From assembly GCA_905178155.1 (NCBI GenBank), contig CAJINV010000001.1, forward strand, positions 12,011,832 to 12,075,831: a DNA stretch of 64,000 nt. The letters are read 5' to 3'. Positions 12,047 to 24,352 of this stretch are shown here, piece by piece. Every line of letters begins with the position of its first letter. The stretch's first letter is position 1. The DNA is from Amoebophrya sp. A120 (taxonomy: Eukaryota > Protista > Dinoflagellata). The notes beneath the pieces are model-generated. The model searched no databases, was not told the origin of the DNA, and was given only the letters and a program-made list of their open reading frames with translations. The position numbers and the translations under genes were made by a program.

Positions 12047-15000
12047 ATGTCTTCGGGGATGAAGCGGTCTGGCGGCACTCCGCAGCGAAGCCTGGCCGCG
12101 GAGCACGCCACCCCTGGACCGGAGAGCCAGTACGCCCAGGTTTCTTCACGCGCACCGGAACAGCAGGGGAGTTCTACTCCTCCGCCGGTGGTTCGCGTGC
12201 CGCCGCTACTGGCGGCGCTGTCGGCGGCACAGGCGGACCACCTCCAACGGGTCAACTTTATGGGACTGGATGTGGATGAGCCGGGGCGTAATTCCCCCAC
12301 GCCGTCGGGCGCAAGCGCACGTGCTCGACCCGGACAGACGGACAAAAACTGCATGCCCGACAGTCTGCGACGCCGGATCGACCGCCGGGTGTCGTTTGTG
12401 GTGGAGAGTCCGCGGTCCATGATTTCGACGACGCCCATGCCGAGTCACCCACTGAACTCCGTGCTCAGCGATCGCAGCTCCGGTAGCGCGCGGGGAGCCG
12501 GAACCGGTCCGCAGCAGCAGGTATCCATTCCCAGTACGAGCACTCTGGTACCGCCACCGTCTCCAGGGACGGCAGGCGCGCCGTCGCGTAACTACACTGC
12601 GGCTGGATCATCGGTCTTTGGTTCTGCTGCGCCGCTGCAGGAGGGCGGAAATTCGACCGTAGGAACTGGCTCCATGACGAAACCAGGCGCCCAGTTGGTC
12701 AGGGACACAAGTGACGACAGTGCTGCAAGCGGTTTCCTCCTCGAACCATCGATGGTGCTGTCACCCGACCACGTTGTCGGCAGCCGCAACTCAGCGTCTG
12801 TCATGCCGCCGCAGGGCCAGCAACCCTTTTCGGTTTCCTCGTTCGCTCGCGAGCCCCTTGAGCTGGATCAGGCAGGTGATCCGGCCACGACGGAACGACA
12901 GCCCGAGCCCGGCACAGAGCGGCACCAGGAAAGTCTGTTGCACAGTAAGATTGCTTCCAGCATGCTGCGGTCCTTTGGGTCGAAGCGGGTTCTGCGGCGA
13001 TCGTCCGGGGCGTTGCGCATTGACACGAGCTCGAACTCGCCACCTAAAGAGAACGACGGCGTATCCCGGTCCGGGCAGCACAACAATGCGCAAAAGTCAG
13101 CGGATGACCGAACCAGCATGTTGCGTCGCGCCTCCCCATCGCGGGCGGCGGAGCTCGAGAAGGGCCGCAACGGCCGGAAACCGATGCTGTCTCCAGCCGC
13201 GTTCGCGTTTCGCGACCCCGACCACCCGATGCCGGACCGGAACGCCCTTGCCACCACGCCGGTGCGATCAGTGGCGGGTGGTGTCCGAACACCCGGTAGT
13301 GGCGGAGTTGCTGCAGGAGGTTCATCTTTGAAAAGGGCGAGCACGCTGGCGTCTTCGGCCTCCCCCTTGGTCGGTGCGGCGCAGCCGGGAGCTTTTTTGC
13401 AGTCGAGCCCGCTGGTGGGAGAGATGAACTACCTCGGATCGCCTGCAGTTACTAGCGCCGCCACTGCCGACGATGAATCAAAAAGTTTCCGTCGGGGGAG
13501 CCCGTTGACTTCCTTCACGCTCGGCACCTCTCTCAAAGCGCATGCCACGCGCTTGTCCACGGCCACAGGCAAGCGACGGGTACCTGCGCCAACCTTGGGT
13601 CCGGGAGAGAGCTTTAAAGTCCCCGCTCTGGCAGGGGCGTTCCGTACCAACGTGAAGACACGATCTGCCGGAACGAGCTTGGCGCAAGCTTTTGTTGACG
13701 ACGCAGGAGCAGCTGCACGCACGCCGGAGACACCAAAAAGAGCGGCGGCCGGGGGAGTCACAACAGTTGCGGTCGAATTAGCTGCGGAATCAAGTTCGCC
13801 AAAGATTCGGGTATGGATTTATTCGTTTGACTATGCAGTACGGACTGCTCCTACAACACATTTAGTTCTGGTTTCGAGAACATGCGTTCTTCGTGTTTTT
13901 GGATTCGAGTATTTAGATCGCTTTCTTATCGACCTGGAAATTTCACAACTGAAAAAATCACCGGACAGCGCGTCTCGCGAGACACGGCAGAGCAGCAGTC
14001 TTCGAAAGTTTCGAGCATCGGGTCTGTTCGTGAGGTGGAGCGGGAGTTGGAAGCCGCGAGAGCCATTGTGACCAGTACTCCACCTGGGGTGGCGGTGATC
14101 CGGATGGCGCTACCGCAGACTCCGGGCGGCGGGATTCTTGGGGACGTCATGCTGCAGCCACCTGTGACCACTTCGTCCAGCAAAGACTCCTTTTTGAGCC
14201 AAAAGGACGAAGAAGATTTTCTCGCTGATGAACGGGAGGGGCCAAAAAAGAACAAAAGTGAGGAGGTTACCGTGGTGTCCACAGGACATCAAATGACGCA
14301 ACAGGCAGAGTCTGCTTTTTTTGCGGGAAAAGACGGTAGCCCGCTGGATCGTGCAGGAACGCAACAGGACAAGGCGGTCACGACATCCAGCAAAACAAGT
14401 TCAGTGCATGACGAGGTTCCGTCTGGTCCAATGATGAAGAGTCAGAAGATTGACGACGCAGAAGAAATACCAGGCGATCTTGCAACGATGAAGAGTCAGA
14501 TCGGCGGAGGAGCTGGCCCTTCGTCGATGTTGGGCGCGAGCTTGCCTATCTCTCCAGTCGGTTCGGTTGGGCGTTCCGGGAGTCCGTTCGACGAAGAAGA
14601 CTACGGAGATGTCGCTGCGACCACGGTGGACGAAATCATTCTCGCTGGGGCAACCGCGGCGGACACGCGACAGACAGGGCTCAACAGAGATGGCACCGGC
14701 GCGGCGGCGCAGGAACTGGACGACCTTGACTTCAGCGGCGACGAAGGTGGTGCACAAAACAAACGTTCTCGAGACGGGGGTCTGTGGTTGAAACAAAGCG
14801 GCGGGGCGGGAGTGGCGGAAGTCGTGGGGGGTTCGGGTTCGCGGCGCGGCGCCGATCGGACCCCGCCAAAGAACAGAGCGCAAGAAATTGACGAGGCGGA
14901 GTCGTTTTCGGCTACCTGGGATCCAGCGACCATGGAGGACGACTTGGCTGCCGCTGCGCGATCTGCGTCCGAGCTCTTCTCGCACGACAGCGGTGAGTCT

Positions 15001-18000
15001 TCTAACAAGCCGTCAGGAACGGATACCTCGCAGCAAACGCCCCCGTCCCGCCAGCGACCGCCGCACGGCGTTAGTACAAGCGGACCAGTGCCAGATCATG
15101 GAGGTTACAAGACGCCCCCACCTCCAGTGTCGAAGTCGCAAACTGGTGCTGGCAGGTCTTCCAGCAAAAATTCAGGAGAAAAGTACTATCGGGAACAACA
15201 CCAAACCACGAGTGGCAGTCCCAAGGGATCTGCACGGCATCCGCACCATGCGCACGGTGGATCTACCCCCGAATCCTTTTCTGCGCGTTCGGGTAAGCTC
15301 CTGCAGCTCGCAGCCCAACGCTACCCAGGCTCCACGTCTACTGGAGGTCGTGGGTTGCAAAAATGGAACGACCAAAGCGGTGCGGCGTACCAGCGAAATG
15401 TTTTTGCGTCGGCTACCTGGCCAGCAAGCGGCACTGCGCTCAGCACGTCGAGCAAAGGCACCATCCAAGAAGACCAGTTCTATCTGGAGCAAGCGCCCGT
15501 GGCGAAGCGGTCGGCGCGAGCGGAGCACAAACCTACGAATAGTGCTATGGTGGCTGGTATTAACGACCCGTCGGGGCAATTGAACCCGCCGAAATCGGTG
15601 CCTTTGCTGCATCGGGATCGCAGCGGCAGCAGTGGCGGCAAAGGTGGGAAGCCGCGGAGCCAAAGCCGGGAACAGTACCGTGAGGAATTGGAATCTCCCC
15701 CGCGAGGGGAAGGGTCACCTTCAAATACGAGGGTGCAACAGCTACTGCACCATCAAATCCTGCACGGTACCATCATGTCCAGCGAGCAGCAAATGCAGCT
15801 TCAAACGAAAGCCTCGAGCCCGCGACCGCCCTCCACGTCCCAACCCGGCTCAGGAAACAAGCGGGGCATGATGCCAATAGAACTACCTGGAGTCGGGGGC
15901 ACATCGTCTACAGCACCAGGAGTACTACAGCAGTCTGCTCCGCCATCTTCCTCGCACGCAGGACCGCATGCCGTGAATGCAGGGCCAGGCGCTTCACTGC
16001 TCAGTTCCGCGGCTTTCCCGGTGGTGGTGGGGGGGTCCGGAACAGCTGGGCCCGGCGCGAGCCAGTCGCTGCTGGCGGGATCTTCATCCGCTCTGTATCT
16101 GCAAATGTCTTCGCTGGAAAATCTTGCGCCGCTCGTGCCATCAGGCACGATTCAACAGCAAGACCAAATACAGTTGGGATCACACAGTTCGTCCGGAGCA
16201 ACGGCATCAGCTGCGCACGCGGCGATGGCGTCCAGCCTGGCAGCGAGTCTGGCTGCATCCAAAGTGGGCGCCGCTCGTCTGAGTCCGGTGCAGTCTCCGG
16301 ATCCCATGGTACGAAGCGGTATGCCTGGCGTCGGCCATCCGCGCGTGCCGCCACTGCAGCTCGGTAGTCGGGATTCTCGCCGCGGTGCCAGGGTGGCCAG
16401 TCTGAAGCAGACCGCGGGGCTTTCCGACGCAAAGGCGCCCGCGAAGCGTGGATTTTGGCGGGAAATTACCGCCGCCAATTTGATGAACCGCGATCATCGC
16501 GGGGCTCCGCCGCCATCGCAACATCCAAACATTGCCAGTGCGGCCGCTGCCTTCCTCCGGAAACAGGGATCTGGGGCAGCGGCGTCCGCATCGTCGCCCT
16601 TCCCGGGCGACCAGGCGGGGCCTCGGTCCCGGTCTCCGAACTCGCGGGAGGACACGAGTTCGCAGAGTCCGCGGAGCGCCCGCGATCGATCACGCGGGCG
16701 GAGGAGCCGAAGTGGGCAACGAGGAGGCAACGTCGGGCAATCCGAAGACGTCAACAAGAGCAGCAGTTCGACCGGACGAGGGTCTTCCGGTCGCAGACCA
16801 ACGTCGGGATCCAGCCGCGACACGAGTGCGCTGCGGACACGATCGGCGTCCGCACGGGAGCCGCAGCGTGCGGCACGGTCCTCCGCGAGTCTTCGCGAGG
16901 CCGCCGCGGGGCTCATCCAGCTTCATACCAGCGCATGGGAAAACCTGCCGCACTGGGCGCAGGGAGAAACCGTGATGGCGCGCAGCGAGACGCGGTCCTC
17001 GGGGTCGCCCAGTACGGGACGGTCCTTACTGTCGGGGCGCAAGTCTTCGGACGGGGTCGACAAGACCGGGCAACCACATCTTCGGTCCCCCTCTCCCCCT
17101 GCGATCCACCCCAAAAGCGCGGTGAGCGCGCCAGCAGCGGCAGTGAGCGCGTTTGCGCAGCAGTTGGAAGAGACTGGGCGCTACGACGACCGGTCGTCCG
17201 CCTTGCTACGAAGCATGTTGGCCGTCTACGACCGTGGGGGGCCACCCGCGGTGCTGTCACGAACGGTAACGCGCGAAGACCAGGGTGGGATCTCGTCCAC
17301 GAGTGGGGCCTCCTCCTCCAGTACTTCGGGCGCCGTGGTGTCCAGTAAGGTCGACTCCTCACGCAACCAAGACCGGACGCCGGGTGGCCGCGCCGAGGGC
17401 ATTTCGAGCAGCAGCTCCAGTTCGTCGAGCTCCTCTTCGTCCACGCCGCCGGGCGGCCAGCGGAGCGACCGATCAAGGGAGCGCAGCCAGCGGGGAGAAA
17501 AGAGGAAGGCTGAGATGCCGATGAACCAGCAGCAGTCGGTTGGCCCGTACGGTGGGGGAGTAGCATCATCGGGCTTGTCCGTTGACGCCTTTGTCGAGCG
17601 ATTGTATCGGCCGAGGTCCGGCCAGTCTCTATCGCCTCGGAGCCAGCAGCAGCGGCACGGGGAGCGCCAGCTGCCACTGGATCACTCCTTGCCGGTCATC
17701 ACCTCCGCGCAAGACGGGTCGCCATCGGGCTTTGTTCTAGCGGGAGTCATCTCACCAGACGGTACTAAGGCCCCGCATCAACTTGGGGTGTCCGCGCCCG
17801 GCAAGATGCGGTCTGATTCTGACGGGGGTGCCTTCATCTCGTCAGATCCCGACAGCGGCGGCGGAGCCTCGGGGCAAGCGGAAAGTGCGAGCCCAACTAG
17901 CAGTCGGAAAGTTGTGCGCCCGCCGCGCCGCGACGAGTCGGACATCAACATTCGAGCGGAGCGCGTACCCCATGGCACCCTCCTAGACCCGGACGCAGGC

Positions 18001-20977
18001 GGGCATGATGAACGCGCTTTACTCGCGCGTTCCCGGCTGGGACCTGCCTTTGGCCGTGGCGAGGGATCCGCGTCTATGCTTCTGGGCACGGGCGACGAAA
18101 CCGGTGAGGAGCACCCCGACGGCATTATGGTGCAGGACGATTCCTCTGCAACCGATCAGGAAGGCCGGGGCGCATCCGAGATGCAGGACGCTGTGCAGCG
18201 CGACATTTCCATGAGTCCCGACATGTACGAGCAGTTTTTTTACAACAAGGCACTGGCGGTCGGGAAGAACGCACCCATCCCGCTCAGCCGCTTTCCTTTC
18301 GTGGGTCGCCGGCTCGCGTTCCCGCCCGTAGTGGTCTACAGCTACTACGCCTGCACCCTAGTTTTGCTCGCGTTGCTGCTTGCGCTGGCCGTGGATGAAG
18401 TGCTGCCTTCGGTCTTGTTCGCGTGCTCCTTCGCTGCGGTTGTCGCTCTAGCCTCTGCGGCAGCGGCTCTCGCCACCGCAACGACGCAAGCGTCCGCGCT
18501 GACAGCAATTTCCCTGGTGCGCCCGTCCAAAAGCTCGGGGAACGGGCAGAAGCTGGTCGCGGCCCTGAGCTCCGGCACCATGTGGCAGAGCGAGGCACTG
18601 GCGACCATGTTCGTGTTGCTAGTTTCCGGCGCATTGTTCGGAATTACATACGCGGAGCGGGAAAAAAGTAAGTTTCCCGGCAGCCCGGGACTCTCGGCAT
18701 TTGCACACGTCGTGCTCTTTCTCTGGTTACTGTTCACAATAGTCCTGCTTGTCTCCGGGACAGTGCTGGTATCCATCCTTGCAAAAGTGCAGCGGGCCAA
18801 CACGCAGCTCTGGAAAAAGTACCTTCTCACATCGCAGTCCGGCACCGCGGCAGCACCAGACGAACAATCGCGGACGACAGGCGGCGCGCCTCGGTTTTCA
18901 CAACCTTCATCCCGGACGATGAGGCTGGAAGAAGACCACGCCATGCAACAGAATGCGAACTTCAGTTTGGTTGGCACAAACGCTTTTAGCGTTGTGCCCG
19001 CAGCAAGTGCAGGAACTGCGGGACCACGGGCTTCCCCTGGGCCAAACACGCCCGCTGTAGAAGGAGTCGAGCCGGCGTTGCCCCCGTCATCTTCCCCGCC
19101 AACGGGAATGACCGCTGGCAGGACGGCTGCCACGGGGATGCACCGATCAAGCGCTGCCGAGGGTATTCTTTCTGCATTTGACCGGTACCGGGCGGAGACT
19201 AGTGGAGGTGATAATACACACCCACAACCTCCCTCAACGTATTCGACCCTATCGCAGCAAGCCCAGCAACAGTCGCTTATGGAAAATATTAACGGCGCAG
19301 ATGACCAATTCCAATTCGAAGGCCAGCACCGAGCAGACGAGCCGGCACACGATTCTGCGAGGATGCGTGATCAGCTGAACGCAACGTGGCGATCGGACAG
19401 CATGCCTCTGCGCGTGGTGGAAATCCCGCTTTCGGCGGGTCAGGAGCACAACCAGAATGGGCTGCGTCTCGACCAGCGGGAGAACGGCAGTTATGGCGTT
19501 TTCCAGAACAGCCGCGGCAGTTACAGTCCGGGGGGAGGTCACCAGCACGCCATAAACAGTTTGGAGAGCAGAGTGCCCAGCCTGGTACCTGCCGCGGGTG
19601 CAGCAGGCGGATCTACTGTGTCGAATGCCTCTACAGGCGGGGCTACGTTCCTGGCGGGAGCAAGTGCGATGTCAAGTAACACACTTATGACATCGACAGC
19701 GGCTGGCGGTCGTGGCAGAAGTGGTGCTAGCCTATCTGAAGTCGGTCTGGAACTACAGCAGTTATCAGCAGCAGATCGGCATCAAGTAGAGCAGCTGCAA
19801 TCTAATGTTTATCCAGTTCACCTGCAACCAGGGCAACAACAGCCGCGCCAGAGTCGTTATGTTTCGGGAAGCGCAGGTCAGCGGGCGACGGCTAAAACCT
19901 TTATCCGCGGCGCACCAACGTCATTTTTCGCTGCAAACGCCAAGCAGCTTCAATCGCTGATGGAGCAGAACTATCAGATGTAAAAATGTCTGGGTCTGGA
20001 AGAGTCATGCTGTTTTTGCATGACACAGAAGGTCTGGCATGGAAGCTCTAGCATTAGAGGTTTCGAGAAGCTTCCGCAATGCCGAATCCGCATGACAAAT
20101 CCCCCACTTTGGTGACAGAAAGTGGGCAGCTTTTGCTACCCATGCATGAGAGATTTTTCTGTGTTCTGAAATGTGCATCACAGATTCGGATTCTTCCAGA
20201 CCCAGACATTTTTACATTTGATAAGAACGGAGCGGTCATGGTCTTGTCTTTGTCTGCGGCGGTCACCTATCAAATGCAAAAATGTCTGGGTCTGGAAGAT
20301 TGCGAGATTTGTCATGCTTGTCTGGCATGACTAAAAAGTTTGTGATGCGTGTCCAAGAAGAGACCCTTTTGCCTGTCATGCAAAAACGCAGTTTGTGTTT
20401 GTCATGCGAAAAACGCAACACAAAGAAGCGCAGATATTTGTTTCTCATGCTTCGCTGTGCATTACAGAGCATTCACTATTCCCAACGCAACATTACAAGT
20501 TTCCAGACCCAGACACTTTTACATTTGATATCACCATCATGAACCTCCTGGCCCTCGCGATCGTCACAGGAGAGACTAAGTATGGGACTGCGAAGGTATT
20601 TTCGTCTTTTCAACACTCATCATTCATAGAATTCGAAAGTACTATTTGCGCTGAAGCCAATTCCACCAATAGCCATGAACCCTTGATGAAAGAGTCAACA
20701 GAAAACAACTACGGGATGCAAATCAACACTCAACTTTTCTCAGTATCACTTCTTCGTGCTTTTTTTCCTGTACGTTGAGTGGACGATCTTGTTTGCGGTC
20801 CTGTGCAAGTTGCTGCGTGAGCTGATCATGTTGACGGCCGACATGCGGGCGGTGGATCCAAGTCTTGGCCTGTCGCTGTTTGGGCATAAGGTGGACGCCA
20901 GCGCCTTTCGCCGCACCGTCGCCTTGCCGATACTCACACTGCTCGTCGCGATTATGGGCAGCCTGCTGTCCTCGTGA
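12047..20977 (+). CDS. Large Ser/Gly-rich multi-pass membrane protein of unknown function; exons 12047-13810, 13969-19971, 20229-20267, 20536-20595, 20744-20977
   Basis: GT-AG introns 13811-13968 and 20596-20743 plus two TIR elements. Spliced C-terminus reads MEQNGAVMVLSLSAAVTIMNLLALAIVTGETKYGTAKYHFFVLFFLYVEWTILF..., giving continuous hydrophobic helices; more TM segments at ~18330-18790. Confidence 0.7.
19972..20223. mobile_element. Introner/MITE-like element copy 2 (252 bp)
   Basis: 32-bp TIR with 1 mismatch (19972-20003 / 20192-20223); TSD AGAAC at 19967-19971 and 20224-20228. Confidence 0.95.
20268..20530. mobile_element. Introner/MITE-like element copy 3 (263 bp)
   Basis: 30-bp TIR with 2 mismatches (20268-20297 / 20501-20530); TSD TCACC at 20263-20267 and 20531-20535. 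Confidence 0.95.
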
Positions 20978-21671
20978 GGAAACTAGCTACTGGCAAAAGC
21001 GGTGCAGCCGTCTGCAGCCAGTCACCTCGTGTGATGAATCTGAAGCGAAACTATTTTTGATGAGAATGCACTAATCAGGCACAATATTTTCTTGAAATCG
21101 TCGATATTATCTTGCTTTTACTACACTACTCATACCTACGCCATGTACGATATGCGTCTTTCCTTTTTTTCGTGTCATCTACACGTACGAAGACCTTGTT
21201 TCGAATTCAACAACTTGAACTTCATGATTCATTTTTCATCGAACAGAGTATTGAGTCCAAATGTAATTTTTTTGGCATCTTTTCGCTGTAGATCAGGAAT
21301 TTATTGGTTTTGGACACGACCACAAATGACTTTGACGAAGAGCATCTTTTGCACGTATTCTTGTTTTGGCATGGATTTCATACATTAGAAAATTGGAAAT
21401 TATGAAAACGACACACACACCCCGAACCGGGTTGTACCAGATTGTGCGTCGGACGGTCGTATCGTCGTCGTATTTGGGGTTTTGTTTACAGATTATGAGT
21501 TCGTGTAACTGCAGATACAGTTTGCGGCTTTTTCTTCGTTCCATCCTGTCTGGCTGACACGCGTTGAGACATACTGCTCGACTGCCACGAGGCTTAGAAA
21601 ATAGATTAGGACTGACGAGAGAATGCTGACAAACGTGCGAAGAGAGCACCATTGCAACTTCATCACGAAAA

Positions 21672-22421
21672 ATGAGTCATTGCACGAGTTGGATTCCGTT
21701 GCTCATTTGGACGGCATCCACGACCCTGTCAAGCGTGCTTCCAACGACATTTGCGACAGAGACGAATCGCGTCGTTGACGGTGTGCACGTGATAACGCTG
21801 GATCCCGAGGGAGACCGATTTCGAAGTTTTCGCGAGAACAACGAGCACTTGTTCCCGCGCAGCGACGTCGGCCCAAGTACTCCATCTACACCAGGAGCGT
21901 CAGCAGACAGAGAAAAAAATCCGGCGGTGGAAGCCGTGCGTGGGGTGAACGGCTGGCGTTTAGACATGGAAACGTTGGTAGAGCGGGGTGTCGTGAGCCG
22001 CGAAATGGCGGAGCGCACGGCGTATTTCCAGACTCCCGGTCGGGCGGGGTGTTTGCTGAGTCACCTCAAGACTTGGCGCCGGATCGTCAAAAGAGCAGAG
22101 AGGAAAAAACGAAAGCAGCAGAACCCCCGGGAGAACAACAAGGAAGACATGCAGCTCCACCTTGTCCTGGAAGACGACGCCATCACGAGCCCGTTTATTC
22201 TCAGGGTTTTTGAAGTCGTGCCGAAATTCATTCGGTTGCTAGCTGAGAAGAAGCACAACCTCGATTTTTTGCACTGCGGCCCTAACCTTGACGGCATGGT
22301 GATTTCCGAGCCCCCGGGGGGTGGCCTGAGCACGGTGTTGTTTGCCCCTCGTGTTTCAAGCCAAATCTACCGGCACCATGCTGGAGGTCACTGCGCCTCC
22401 GGGATATTCGTTCCTCCCTGA
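21672..22421 (+). CDS. Glycosyltransferase family 25-like protein with signal peptide (C-terminal part apparently truncated or frameshifted)
   Basis: GT25-type motifs HVITLDPEGDRFRSF, GCLLSHLKTWRRI, LVLEDDA, LDFLH; hydrophobic N-terminus. Confidence 0.7.
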   Translation: MSHCTSWIPLLIWTASTTLSSVLPTTFATETNRVVDGVHVITLDPEGDRFRSFRENNEHLFPRSDVGPSTPSTPGASADREKNPAVEAVRGVNGWRLDMETLVERGVVSREMAERTAYFQTPGRAGCLLSHLKTWRRIVKRAERKKRKQQNPRENNKEDMQLHLVLEDDAITSPFILRVFEVVPKFIRLLAEKKHNLDFLHCGPNLDGMVISEPPGGGLSTVLFAPRVSSQIYRHHAGGHCASGIFVPP

Positions 22422-23277
22422 CGCTGGCTCTGAAGCGGAGAGCCAACTGGTTGCGGCTGGTGAAAAAGGTGTGTCTTGTCCAGAGTCCTTGATTCGAGAT
22501 TCAAGCTTGCCCATGTTGAAGAGTCACGTCGAAAGTCCATGCACCGTGACGCTGACAACTATTGCTGAGGAGTCGATGATGGAACAACCATCCGCATCTT
22601 TGCAGGTTGCGAAAACCAATGGTGACGTCGACGGGGCAGCGGCGGGAGGAGGAAAAAGCAAAGAGGCAGGCAGTACCAGTGAATCCGACACGGCCAAACC
22701 GAGCGCCAAACCACCGCAGAAGGCGCAAACCATCCGTCTGGACCTGAGCGACAAGGTAACGCCGAGCAGACCTCCGCGAAGTGTGTGTTGGCTCGCGCGA
22801 GGAAGCGAGAGTGACTGGTATGAGAAGAACAAAAACTCCAAGCTTTGTCTGATTAGGCACCCCCGCACCTACCATCTGACTGTTGCGGTCGCGGCGCCGC
22901 CGGGCCTCTGTGAGGGTAATTTAGAGCGGAGTGAGATTGGGTTTGACCTGTCCGAGCTGCGCTGCAAAGAGGATCCCGGGTTCTGGAGTTACACCGTCAA
23001 GGGCGCGGCTGCCGCGACCACGGTGCGCGCAAGAGCTCACCGGCGGGTGATGAAAGCCCGCTCCGTCGTCGACACTTTTGATACAGACAGTTTCGTGACG
23101 GGTGCCAGTACGTCTTGCGGTATCTCTCGACCGTGCCCAGCAGACAAGCCCTACTGTCGGGCAGAAATTGACGGCGCTTGCACCTCGGAGCCGGAGTGGC
23201 ACGGCATACCACTGCAGAGAATGGACCGCCCGGCTGGGGTGGATGCTGGGGGGAGCCTGCAAGAGACAGCGAAATGA
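22342..23277 (+). CDS. Hypothetical Cys-containing ORF overlapping the GT25 ORF in another frame; could be a downstream exon or a separate gene
   Basis: 311-codon open frame with coding-like composition; C-terminal CGISRPCPADKPYC..C motif; no clear intron linking it to 21672-22421. Confidence 0.45.
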   Translation: MPLVFQAKSTGTMLEVTAPPGYSFLPDAGSEAESQLVAAGEKGVSCPESLIRDSSLPMLKSHVESPCTVTLTTIAEESMMEQPSASLQVAKTNGDVDGAAAGGGKSKEAGSTSESDTAKPSAKPPQKAQTIRLDLSDKVTPSRPPRSVCWLARGSESDWYEKNKNSKLCLIRHPRTYHLTVAVAAPPGLCEGNLERSEIGFDLSELRCKEDPGFWSYTVKGAAAATTVRARAHRRVMKARSVVDTFDTDSFVTGASTSCGISRPCPADKPYCRAEIDGACTSEPEWHGIPLQRMDRPAGVDAGGSLQETAK

Positions 23278-24352
23278 GCCAGGTCCTGCGGGGGTTTCTC
23301 GTGGCCTGACAAAAAAGTTTTGTAATTAAGCAACATCATAATTTATCAAGGGAAGCAGTCCAGTGCTTATACTTTCTGTTGCCGAGGTCAGTTCCTGGGT
23401 GGTAGAATCGACGCTACTGAAGCGGGATTTGTTCTAGCAGCGTTTGTTGGATGAAGTGGAGGCTTCACAAAGCAATGAAAATTTGTTTCAATCCCAAACT
23501 AACTCAAGGAACAAGCGGCCCTATTTCACTTCAGGGTGCATCATCGCTAGCAAAGTCTTTCCCAGTGTAGAGAACGCCGGCGAGGAGCGAGCGATTCAGC
23601 ATCGAACTAAAGAAATTCTGCTACCATGTTTTTTTTTTTGTTCGACAGAAAATCTGGATCCTTTCATGCACACGAAAATCGTCATTCCTACTTCTTGCTC
23701 TTCCAATTACGCGTTGGTTATCCAGCAGAGATCTTTTGTGAACCGAATCATGTCATTGCAAATCTCTTGCCAAAGAAGATCATTTTTCGATAAAATTCAG
23801 CGCGATCTATGCAACAGAAAATTCATATTTGCCTGAGCCTTGAGCTTGATCTCGACAAGGTCTTAGTTTGGTCGTTGAATTTCAGATCTTCTGTATGTTT
23901 CTTCTTTTTCTTGGTCTCGACGGGTATTTTCATTTTGACAAAAGGCGCCAACAGGAGGTTTTGGTTTACTTAGTCAGTCAAACGAAAGAGAACAAAGGCG
24001 TACTAGCATTTAGTACGCTCGCCTCTGATCCAGCAGATGACCGTAGCAGATTGCAATGAGACGTCGCTGTACAACTGAGTCAATGTCGGTGGTTCGGCGT
24101 CAGACTTTGAAGCGAGCACTCTTGTGCCAGTGCGCGGATAGTTTATATCGGGAAGAGAAAGTATCTTGAAAGTCTTAGTCAAAGTCACAGTAGTTCGTAG
24201 AAAGCAGCCTATTAAGCGCGACGCCATCAAACCAACCATACCATGACGTTGAGCCGCGAAGATGCAGATTTTTGTGTCGATAACGAACCGCGTTGAGACG
24301 AGACAACGGTCGCCGGACGAGCTGTTCCTAGAACTCTACAACCGACCGAAAA

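Noticed and set aside
20580-20743. Non-canonical intron bounded by an AGTAT direct repeat
   Set aside because: A canonical in-phase donor AAG|GTATTT at 20596 with the same acceptor explains the join more simply.
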